Virus record (IMG/VR): IMGVR_UViG_3300032213_002070
Coordinates: 1-64,000 of that record
Reading direction: 5' to 3' (one strand)
Length of the DNA: 64,000 nucleotides
Origin: a virus
Shown one piece after another: positions 26,760 to 35,309 of the stretch. Position 1 is the first letter of the stretch; each line of letters starts with the position of its first letter. Both the position numbers and the translations under genes were made by a program. Below the pieces are notes generated by a model. That model did no database searches. It was not told the origin of the DNA and saw nothing but the letters and a program-made list of their open reading frames with translations.

Positions 26760-29700
26760 TTAATCCTCATAATCCTTTTTTAGACCTGAATAATCATACA
26801 CTGAATATGGAGTAGACCCCAAAAACCCTGCTTGATACTGCTCATACCTTGATAATGGAAGCCAAACAGGAGGCTGCCATCTAGGGGTAGCATGAGTTGA
26901 GACGACTAGATCATCTCTATAGTAACTAACTTTAAAATTTGGTGTAGCATATAGTGTCAGAGATTTTGCAGGGTCGTGATTAATTAAATCTGGCATTACA
27001 ACAGATGTGACATAATTATAATCAATGTTATCATATGCCTCATACCAATACGCTGCATCTCCGATGACGTTAGCGGGTGTGGTCGTAGCGGAAGTTGAAA
27101 GCTCAGATTCAACTACGATAAACCAATAACCTGGAGTTAATCTAGACTGTGAAACAACTGGACCTATAGAGAATTTTCCATTAGAATCAGTCACAGCTAT
27201 ACCAGAAACCATCGTCGACCCAGGAGTGGTAGTGGAAGTTGAGTAGGATACAGTTTTTAAAGCTGAATACAAGTCTCTAGCTTTTTTCCAATAAACGACT
27301 TTATTAGCTTGAGGTACTCCACCAGTGGTTAATATTCCATTAACATAAATTGATGATACACCGTCTGCGTTTATTCTATCTGGATTTGCAGTGATAATAA
27401 GCTGAGAATTAAATTTATTATTTGAATATATATGTATTGGCTCAACCTTTGAGTAGCCAAAAGACTGACTGGAGATATGAGCTAGAGCATTAGTGGAATG
27501 ATTAACGCCATTAATTGTGATTGTACTCTCGACAGGACTGGTAATTCGAGTAGCGCTATTATACACTGCGCTAGTCGTAGCAAATCCCTCTGAATTAGTT
27601 GTTACCAAAGTATTAGCAAATGTTAACACTGGACTAGAAAGTGAAAATGACTGATACGGTTTTGGGTTTCCGTTGACGTCAAGAGACGTGATACTTAAAG
27701 TGAGATAATCTTTACGATCATCAAATATATAAGATGGAGAAACAACTATCTTAGCAGTGCTGAAGGCGTACTCTACATCTGACATAATTACGTATCCCTC
27801 TTCTAATACGGAAGAGGTCTGACCAAAGTTTAGAGAAACTGGAGTAGACCTTTCGTAGATGGAAGACTCATATGTAACTGAGTAATTCATGGTAGAACTA
27901 GGCGTTGAATCAAATGTAATAACGGAATAGTAATTACTACCGTTTAATACGTTATCCACATGATAAGAATTTTTTACCCTATATCTTATTGAATAATCTC
28001 TATCTCGAACAAAAGAATGTTGCGATGTAGGGATTGAGATATATGATGGAGTTGCTGATAATTGGCTAAATAATACTTCACCAGTTAAACCATCTGTAAT
28101 CGATAGATCGTATACATCTTTATAGCCAAGATGAAAACTATTATCAAATTTTGGCTTTAATATTTCCGTATTATAAAAACCAAATTCTCTTGGGGTAGCT
28201 TCATCGGGGAAGGCAACTTCTGTAAACGGAGAAGCGCTTTCTAATAGTATTGGAGCACCTTGTCTTGGTATTCCGGATAATGTAATTGTTTTTAGTTTTC
28301 CAGAAAAAGTTTCCTTTACGGGCTTTGCATAGATGTAGTGCTCATTTTTGCCTATGTTTATCCAGCCTGTTTTAATTGTAGCGTCTAACTTTGAATCGTA
28401 CAATCTACCCTTTGCTATAAAGTTTGTAAATACAGTAGTATTTTTAGTTTGATCAAACGACTCTACGATGGAGTTGTTTGGATAATCAATTGATAATTCA
28501 GTATACTGCGTATTATTTAGCAATGAACTTATGTTTTCTGTATTCAGAACATAAGTTCTATTTAAGAATGGCTTGATAACTTTTTGTTCTGACCAGACAA
28601 ATACATCTAAAGATGGTGGATCTACTATATTAATATTTTCAAAGAAATATTCAAATTGTGCGGATCCAGTTAAACCAAAACTTTTTCGAGTCAACTCTGG
28701 AATTAGTATCTGATCACTATTTTTACCAGGAATATATTCTCCCTGACTTATATCATAGTTGATGATTCCATTTTCGTCAACATATCCGCTTATTGGAGTT
28801 GAAGAAGTAAGAGTAAATGGCTCCCAATCTATTGCCTTAAATGGATATAAAGATGTATCTGCTGTGCTTACTGTTAAAGAATTTGGCGTTCCGCTATAAG
28901 GATATTGTATTTTTGTAAAATAATAATTTGCAGTAGCGTGACCAGAACTAACTTGAGTGCTACCAATTTTAGAGTTAGAAATAGGTGTAGAAAGATTTGA
29001 CCCGTAATAATTTAAAACTATATTTGGAGAAGATGGAATGAATACATCTTCATCTATTTCTGAATAATAACTAAGTCCACCATAAGTATCTGATGGCTTA
29101 ATATTTTCCATATAAATATATTTAGGCGTTGCACCAACTGGTAATATTATATTATTAACAATTCTACTATGATCTATTTGATAAGCTACTGGTGGAGTTG
29201 CTACATCATTTACCCTAATTGAAGAAGTTTGTATTGCCGTATTCTTTATAACTTGTTTTGCGGTATACAATGATGATACATATTGTAATTGTGTATTTTG
29301 AGTAAAGTTAGGTGTTGCTGAAAGTAAGGACGAAGAACTAACTAATGTAGAATTTCTGTGTGAAAACTTTGCTGTAAAGTTGTTAGAGTTTGGCGTAGCA
29401 TATATCGCACCGTTCCATAGTCCATTTTTTATCTTAAGATTCAAAAGTTTTGTAATATCTAAACGTGTTGGATTGGTTGTTTTAGTAGAATCTTTATATC
29501 CCTTTAACGTATTCTTTTCCAAAATTGTGTGCTTACTAGATACGTAACCTTCGGTATCAAAAATTTCTAAACTGTTATATTCGGGACTAGCTGAACTAGA
29601 AGGACCAAAATTATTTTTAGGGTATAGTATTAAAGAAGTGAAAAAAGTTGTTGGAGTTGCATACCCACCATGCGGTGTAGCATCAAACTCTAGAGTTAGA

Positions 29701-31013
29701 TTGACTGTGGCGGCCGGATTGTCATATTCAGTTATTTCGTAAGAACCATAATACTGATAGTCCATTAATACTGGACTGTAAGATAAGGTAGTTCCAGTTT
29801 TTTTCTTTCCCGTAGCAACTACAGAAGTTAAAAAATACTTTGGCGTTGCGTCTTCATTTCTGATTACCAACTTGGCATCAGAAAGATCTCCAACTCCAGG
29901 TTGATAATAAGGGACATCGAGATCTTCGTCATAGTATCGAGACTTAATTCTGCCAACACCTTGTGCGCCAATACCAGCATAATCCCAGAGTGCGTCATCA
30001 AATTTAAAGTAACCCCAATTATTTGGATACTTAACATTGAAATCTTCTACTAAGCTTATGAATTTATCAGTTGGATTACCATCTGCCGTAAAATACGGAG
30101 TTGAATATTCTATGTCTGATATTTCTAAAATTTCTGGTGTTGCACCTGGATAATTAGAGGAAGGTGTTGAACCAAATGCTTTCCATAAATTTAATTCTCT
30201 TCTAAGGACTTTTTTAAATGAATCAATATCGGCACCATTTGGATTCTGAAATACATCTAATATTCTTGCCTTAAATGACGTATTAGATTCAAGATATAGT
30301 CTTTCTAAACCAACCATTGCACCAAATTCATCAAACCAATTAAACTTTAATATTGGTAGCTGTGTCAATTCAATAGAAGTTGTATTCTCACTCTTTGCAG
30401 ATAAGGACAAGAATTTCTTTAGTGTTAATATTTCCCTATTAACTGGGTCATGATAAAAAATATAATCTGTATTTTTTGATTTATAAAAATCTACTAGGTT
30501 GTCGACTCTTGCTAATTCTATATTATTGCCAATAATTTTATTAAAAGTATTAATTACATTTTTTGAAGAATAGATCCATGCCAATTGATTTTCATCCGCA
30601 GTATTAATATAAGAGTTTAATCTAAATGAATCTATTTCTCTACTAAATAGATCTAAGTTTTCTCCTATTATAGAGTTAATTACTTTTGCAGATGTACTTT
30701 CTGGAACATAAAGATTGGGTGTTGATTGATCCAAAGTGTCTTTATACATTGACATCCACGAAGGAAATCTTTTAAGTATGTTCTTAGTGGCGGTTGTAAG
30801 TACTGGGCTATTTGGTTCAGATATAGCTACTTCAACTAGTAGTAAAAAATTTAGTACATTTAGATTGCTTAATTCGGAATCAATCGTGACTACAAATTTA
30901 GCGTAACGTTTTACATCTTTAGAAAGAAGAATTGAACCAGAAGCACTAGAATCTGCGACTGATGATAGTAGCCATGGTCCGTGCGGGAGAATCAGATTCA
31001 TGAACCTGGACAT
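26760..31013 (-). CDS. baseplate wedge-like structural protein with C-terminal Ig-like (Big_1-type) domains; main part of the likely 26760..31470 gene
   Basis: FDEFGAMVGLERLYLESNTSFKARIL resembles the baseplate wedge (gpI-like) motif; two Ig-like segments (LSITSLDVNGNP...TTNSEGFA; ANPDRINADGVSS...VTDSNGKF). Confidence 0.6.
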   Translation of the reverse strand: MSRFMNLILPHGPWLLSSVADSSASGSILLSKDVKRYAKFVVTIDSELSNLNVLNFLLLVEVAISEPNSPVLTTATKNILKRFPSWMSMYKDTLDQSTPNLYVPESTSAKVINSIIGENLDLFSREIDSFRLNSYINTADENQLAWIYSSKNVINTFNKIIGNNIELARVDNLVDFYKSKNTDYIFYHDPVNREILTLKKFLSLSAKSENTTSIELTQLPILKFNWFDEFGAMVGLERLYLESNTSFKARILDVFQNPNGADIDSFKKVLRRELNLWKAFGSTPSSNYPGATPEILEISDIEYSTPYFTADGNPTDKFISLVEDFNVKYPNNWGYFKFDDALWDYAGIGAQGVGRIKSRYYDEDLDVPYYQPGVGDLSDAKLVIRNEDATPKYFLTSVVATGKKKTGTTLSYSPVLMDYQYYGSYEITEYDNPAATVNLTLEFDATPHGGYATPTTFFTSLILYPKNNFGPSSSASPEYNSLEIFDTEGYVSSKHTILEKNTLKGYKDSTKTTNPTRLDITKLLNLKIKNGLWNGAIYATPNSNNFTAKFSHRNSTLVSSSSLLSATPNFTQNTQLQYVSSLYTAKQVIKNTAIQTSSIRVNDVATPPVAYQIDHSRIVNNIILPVGATPKYIYMENIKPSDTYGGLSYYSEIDEDVFIPSSPNIVLNYYGSNLSTPISNSKIGSTQVSSGHATANYYFTKIQYPYSGTPNSLTVSTADTSLYPFKAIDWEPFTLTSSTPISGYVDENGIINYDISQGEYIPGKNSDQILIPELTRKSFGLTGSAQFEYFFENINIVDPPSLDVFVWSEQKVIKPFLNRTYVLNTENISSLLNNTQYTELSIDYPNNSIVESFDQTKNTTVFTNFIAKGRLYDSKLDATIKTGWINIGKNEHYIYAKPVKETFSGKLKTITLSGIPRQGAPILLESASPFTEVAFPDEATPREFGFYNTEILKPKFDNSFHLGYKDVYDLSITDGLTGEVLFSQLSATPSYISIPTSQHSFVRDRDYSIRYRVKNSYHVDNVLNGSNYYSVITFDSTPSSTMNYSVTYESSIYERSTPVSLNFGQTSSVLEEGYVIMSDVEYAFSTAKIVVSPSYIFDDRKDYLTLSITSLDVNGNPKPYQSFSLSSPVLTFANTLVTTNSEGFATTSAVYNSATRITSPVESTITINGVNHSTNALAHISSQSFGYSKVEPIHIYSNNKFNSQLIITANPDRINADGVSSIYVNGILTTGGVPQANKVVYWKKARDLYSALKTVSYSTSTTTPGSTMVSGIAVTDSNGKFSIGPVVSQSRLTPGYWFIVVESELSTSATTTPANVIGDAAYWYEAYDNIDYNYVTSVVMPDLINHDPAKSLTLYATPNFKVSYYRDDLVVSTHATPRWQPPVWLPLSRYEQYQAGFLGSTPYSVYDYSGLKKDYED

Positions 31014-31470
31014 TGAAATTGATTGACTCCAAACTGTTAAGGGCGCTAGAAAATGCTCCCTTAAAAGTCCTGATATCTATTCTAGAGCTAGTATCTATAA
31101 ACCTATCGAGATAAGTTTCTTCTGAATCTGCAGTAAAAACTGGAGTTGATGATGAATCAGGACTGAACACATAGTTGCCACCATCTATAGAATTGTAATT
31201 AAATATTAAGTGTGGGCTTACATTTGGATCTCTATAAATCTCACCATAGTTAGTTACCGCATAAGCGTTTTCTATAGTCGGTGTAGCGCCTGATAATAAT
31301 TTAGTTCCAGTAAATGTATAATCACCTAAGGAGTTTAATCCCATCCTTGAACGAGTATAGGAAAAGTTTGTATAATACTTATTTGAGTAAAGGTCAATAA
31401 CACCAGATGTCCAAACGTTGTTAGACTTGACAAAGTCACTAGTGGCAAAGCTTAACAAATAAGTTTTCAT
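30946..31470 (-). CDS. N-terminal part of the likely 26760..31470 structural gene
   Basis: 174 aa with AGGAG RBS; overlaps the next ORF in the +1 frame around GCA-CGG-A. Confidence 0.6.
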   Translation of the reverse strand: MKTYLLSFATSDFVKSNNVWTSGVIDLYSNKYYTNFSYTRSRMGLNSLGDYTFTGTKLLSGATPTIENAYAVTNYGEIYRDPNVSPHLIFNYNSIDGGNYVFSPDSSSTPVFTADSEETYLDRFIDTSSRIDIRTFKGAFSSALNSLESINFNVQVHESDSPARTMATIISRRF

Positions 31471-31481
31471 TTATTAAACTC

Positions 31482-32690
31482 CTAAACTGCGTCTAGCCAA
31501 ATACTGTACTCGCCAGTAATTCCATTTTCCGGGTGAACATACATCAACTGCTGAGAAGGCCTACTCATAGATGAGAAGTATTCTTGAGCATACGTGTTAT
31601 AGCTTTCTGGTGATCCAGAGATTCTTAGCATAGAGCTTCCTATTGACATCTTAAACTGCTGGTGATAATGACCCATAAAAACATCATCAAAATGCTCTGG
31701 AATTGCTCCATCTTTCCAGCCCATTATCTTTTTATAGTAACCGTGGAATGCGTTAGGTGAAGGTAGTTGATCACCATGGATCAACAAGGCGCTATATCCA
31801 CCTATGCTATCAACAGCGTACCAGTGTCTTTCTCCCTTGCCATCTGGAATATTAAAAGATACTCTTGGTTCATTTCTATATAAGATTTCCATAATACGAT
31901 AGAGTAACCTGTCCATGTTGGTTTCTGGATCGTGTTGCTTCCTTCCACGACCACCAACAGCTCCATGGTTACCTATTACTCCGGTAATATGTACATGTTC
32001 AAAGTTTTGAAGTGCGGTTGTTATGAACTTGCTTAATATTTCTGGACCATTAACGCCGACCTGTCTGTATAGACCAGAGTCTATTAAGTGACTTTGTCCT
32101 GGAAATATCTCTTCACCTTCAACAATGTCACCCAAAAGCCATACATGAAGGTTCTTAACGGGATGATGCTTTCTTTGTATCTCAGTTATTTCAATAAGCT
32201 TTTCCGTGTATAATTCTATTCTTTCGGCTAAAACAGATGAGTTATAGTCTGGCGTTACCTTACCTAATTGCCAGTCAGCAAATACTGCTACTGCTGTTTC
32301 CTCTGCACCTGGACCATTAACAAACTTTGGCTTACTAATTGCTGGCATTTCAAATTCGGAGAATGCATCAATTGCTGCTTGGTATACAGAAAATACGGTT
32401 TCTTCTTTTGAATTCTTATGCTTTTCTGCAAGCTTGGCTAAGCGTCTATTCTCTGATCTCAAGAATGCTGAGGCGTCTGTGGCTGTAGCTTCATGGGCGT
32501 TAAGGAACGTCTGTGCCTCTTCTTCTTCGGGATCCCAATTTACATCTAATGCTGTTTCAGATACGGAAAAATCATCGTGAAGAACTTCTCCAGGAAAATC
32601 TTCATACCCTTCGGCAATCATTCTTGCGTGGGTCATATTTTTAGCTTTAACTATCTGTTTTCTAACAACGGAATAAACCTGTTCAGACAT
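31482..32690 (-). CDS. calcineurin-like metallophosphoesterase
   Basis: All five motifs: ADWQLG, LGDIVEG, GNHG, IHGD, GHYH. Confidence 0.88.
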   Translation of the reverse strand: MSEQVYSVVRKQIVKAKNMTHARMIAEGYEDFPGEVLHDDFSVSETALDVNWDPEEEEAQTFLNAHEATATDASAFLRSENRRLAKLAEKHKNSKEETVFSVYQAAIDAFSEFEMPAISKPKFVNGPGAEETAVAVFADWQLGKVTPDYNSSVLAERIELYTEKLIEITEIQRKHHPVKNLHVWLLGDIVEGEEIFPGQSHLIDSGLYRQVGVNGPEILSKFITTALQNFEHVHITGVIGNHGAVGGRGRKQHDPETNMDRLLYRIMEILYRNEPRVSFNIPDGKGERHWYAVDSIGGYSALLIHGDQLPSPNAFHGYYKKIMGWKDGAIPEHFDDVFMGHYHQQFKMSIGSSMLRISGSPESYNTYAQEYFSSMSRPSQQLMYVHPENGITGEYSIWLDAV

Positions 32691-32705
32691 GTATCACAAC
32701 CTTTT

Positions 32706-33875
32706 CTAGTAGTTCGTCGCTCCCATTATAACAGAATATAAGCTCAAAACACCAGCGGACATGTAACTTTTGTCATCAGATAACCTATAATCTTTACTTG
32801 GTATATTATTACCATCAATCTTTATGCTACCTATCGTAACAGACATAACTAATTCAGAAGACATTCTAATCTGTCTTTCTATCTCTGACATAGAAAGAGA
32901 ATCACCTATTGATAAAGAATTAAGATATCTATTGAGGAAAATTCTTGATTGGTTTTCTACTCCCCTAGCTATATCTGTACTAGTTCCCTCTCTAAGTATT
33001 AATGTTAATGATATGTTTACTAGTTTTTGAGTAGCCACTCTTACATTGAGGTTAATACCTACAGGTTTAATAAGTCTAACTTTTTCATAAACTGATTGGC
33101 TTACTGAGGCTATTGTTGATCTAGTTTCTGGTATTAGAATAATATCACAAGATCCTATACCAAAAGAAGCTTCTCTAATCTTTGCATCTCTAACACCTTT
33201 AACTGAAAGAGCTGCAAAACGAATTGACTCTGCAGTACCGGAAGCAGATCCTCTTACTGCTGAAATGATTCTTCTTCTATAGTTATCGTCAGATTCAGAA
33301 TTTATATTGCTATAGACTTCTTTGGGGTTATTGCAATATACTACAACTCCAGGAGGGGAAATAAAATTATGTTTAACTAAAGTGTTTCTTGCTGCGGTAA
33401 TTGTATTATCTGCAAACTTAGCCTTTACGGAGCCATATGCTCTAGTGTTGTTTGCCGCAATAACTACATCTCCAGTAAGCTCATATGGATATTGAGCGCT
33501 AGCAAAACTGGAAACATCATTATATACCAGCGTACCCTGAGGAATTACTACGGTGCTAGTATAAGTTGTGTTTAGAAAAAATTCAATATTTGCAGTTACT
33601 CTATCCGGAACCAACTCCGAAGAAAGACTTCTACGCTGTACATTATACAGAGCACCTATCATATCTAGGTTATTACCTGCTGCTGTCGAAAGACTGGATT
33701 GTTCAATGCTGATCTTTAATGAATTATATAAGTCATTTATTTCTGAGTGTATAGCTTCAGTGAAAGCTCTAGCAATAGAACCTGGGCTAATTGCACTGAT
33801 CCCAGCGTTCTTTTGTAGACTATCTAAAGTCGCAATAATCATTTGTTCTTTTGATTTAATATTAATAGATGGCAT
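32706..33875 (-). CDS. baseplate J-like (gp6/gp47) wedge protein
   Basis: PGSIARA, AAGNNLDMIGALYNVQR, VVIPQGT.V, ESDDNYRRRI, GT..SI..AAL.V.GV motifs. Confidence 0.88.
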   Translation of the reverse strand: MPSINIKSKEQMIIATLDSLQKNAGISAISPGSIARAFTEAIHSEINDLYNSLKISIEQSSLSTAAGNNLDMIGALYNVQRRSLSSELVPDRVTANIEFFLNTTYTSTVVIPQGTLVYNDVSSFASAQYPYELTGDVVIAANNTRAYGSVKAKFADNTITAARNTLVKHNFISPPGVVVYCNNPKEVYSNINSESDDNYRRRIISAVRGSASGTAESIRFAALSVKGVRDAKIREASFGIGSCDIILIPETRSTIASVSQSVYEKVRLIKPVGINLNVRVATQKLVNISLTLILREGTSTDIARGVENQSRIFLNRYLNSLSIGDSLSMSEIERQIRMSSELVMSVTIGSIKIDGNNIPSKDYRLSDDKSYMSAGVLSLYSVIMGATNY

Positions 33876-34256
33876 TTAGGCTCCTAGATCTTGAGTTATT
33901 GACAGCACTGTGGGTTCGGCGTTATTACTCATTAGATAGACATCAAATCTTATAGCATCTGCTGAAGTAGGTACTGCTTCAATTGTGATTTGTCTATTTT
34001 TAAAAACACCTTCTCGCTCTAAAGCTGCTCTTATTAATCTCTTGCCAAAATCTCCAGTTTGAGATGTCTGTGGCATTCCGTAAAGAATAGAAAGATCTGT
34101 GCCTAATTGAGGGTACATAAAAAAATCACCAGGTTCTGTCATTAACCTTATATAAACTTGTTGCAGATCTACGGCCGTTGGAGTGTCAGCTAATGCCAAG
34201 TCACCGGACCCGGTCACCAGCAAATCGCCGTTTAAATCAATGTATAAATCTGACAT
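33876..34256 (-). CDS. baseplate wedge / sheath initiator, gp25(GPW)-like
   Basis: GDL...GDL..., RLMTEPGDFFMYPQLGTDL pattern; directly upstream of baseplate J. Confidence 0.75.
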   Translation of the reverse strand: MSDLYIDLNGDLLVTGSGDLALADTPTAVDLQQVYIRLMTEPGDFFMYPQLGTDLSILYGMPQTSQTGDFGKRLIRAALEREGVFKNRQITIEAVPTSADAIRFDVYLMSNNAEPTVLSITQDLGA

Positions 34257-34930
34257 TAAGAACCCTTGATATCGTTAGTTATTTTAGCCTGAGCTTGGTC
34301 CAGGCTATACCCCTGGCTTTTATATGATAATATTAAATTAACCAAACCACCTAAGCCATCTTTAATAGTAGCATTAAACTTTTGACTATTATCATTCCAA
34401 AAAGTTTTTATTAAATCTGCTTCTTGGTTTGTAAAATTTTGAAAAACATTGTCTTGTCCAGCAAATGATTCATTAACTACGCTAGTGTTTGTGGTGGAAG
34501 AATAGTTGTAACTTCCATTTATAGTAACACCTTGCTGAGTCTGTTCTTCTTCTAATTGATCTAAATTATTAATAAAATAATCTACATTTAAGTAAGCTGG
34601 GTTGTAAGATTTAGAATCCGCATTCACTAATGCGGGTTCAGCGAACGTTGTTGCGGAATGGTTAAACTCCATAGAGTTCCATTTTAGCCCATCCTCATTT
34701 GTATGGAATTTAACATTCTCAGCAAAAAATGAAATTGTTCTAGTGGATCCATTAATAACAATCCCAACTCCAGGAGCTGCAAAAATTTCTATATCTCCTG
34801 CATCCGTTAATCTTATAAAGCTTGAATTGTCTGGATGTGTTAAACCAACTTCTCTTGGTGAAAAAGATTTTCTACGAGAAATTTCTGTGCTTTCAGAAGC
34901 GGTAGTGCCTGTTGTAGGTGTATTAGACAT
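34256..34930 (-). CDS. putative baseplate spike, beta-helix part (gpV/gp5-like)
   Basis: LTHPDNSSFIRLTDAGDIEI resembles the gp5/gpV beta-helix start; synteny. Confidence 0.45.
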   Translation of the reverse strand: MSNTPTTGTTASESTEISRRKSFSPREVGLTHPDNSSFIRLTDAGDIEIFAAPGVGIVINGSTRTISFFAENVKFHTNEDGLKWNSMEFNHSATTFAEPALVNADSKSYNPAYLNVDYFINNLDQLEEEQTQQGVTINGSYNYSSTTNTSVVNESFAGQDNVFQNFTNQEADLIKTFWNDNSQKFNATIKDGLGGLVNLILSYKSQGYSLDQAQAKITNDIKGS

Positions 34931-34933
34931 AGG

Positions 34934-35296
34934 TTATACCAAGAACTTTGGGACGCCAGTATCAATACCGTAATTTGGAATAAACTTTCCCGCTGCATCG
35001 TGTCCATCTATATAGGATACTATGTATGGATATCTTTCATTGTCATCGGTAAAGCCGACAATGCAACGAGATCCTATTGTTGGGGCTGTCATTTGTACGC
35101 CTTGTACAGATGGACAGGGTACATCTTTGATAATATTACCAATATGATTAGTTACCCTGTCGTCTAAGATGATAACTAAAGTATTTTTATATCTATCAAA
35201 AGATACAATAGTTCCAGGTCTAGATTTAGTTTGTTGAAATCTTTTATTAGATAAATGTAAATCTAATTTTTCATCAAATTTTGGATAATGTTTCAT
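34934..35296 (-). CDS. putative baseplate spike OB-fold protein (gpV N-terminal-like)
   Basis: GTIVSFD...DVPCP..QGVQMTAPTIGSRCIVGF...PYIV OB-fold pattern; start ATG 35296 with AAGGGGGA RBS (track starts at 35335). Confidence 0.55.
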   Translation of the reverse strand: MKHYPKFDEKLDLHLSNKRFQQTKSRPGTIVSFDRYKNTLVIILDDRVTNHIGNIIKDVPCPSVQGVQMTAPTIGSRCIVGFTDDNERYPYIVSYIDGHDAAGKFIPNYGIDTGVPKFLV

Positions 35297-35309
35297 TGAA
35301 TCCCCCTTA

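Noticed and set aside
21176-31470. Calling the broken structural genes pseudogenes
   Set aside because: Each break is a single +1 event with no other decay, in genes likely essential for the virion. Recoding or sequencing error is more parsimonious.
34256-35296. Spike OB-fold and beta-helix ORFs are in frame (TAA-CCT-ATG), suggesting stop readthrough or an alternative genetic code
   Set aside because: In-frame TAA-ATG or TAA-NNN-ATG junctions also occur at 18533, 21176 and 33876, and multi-kb ORFs are open in the standard code. Tight packing explains it.
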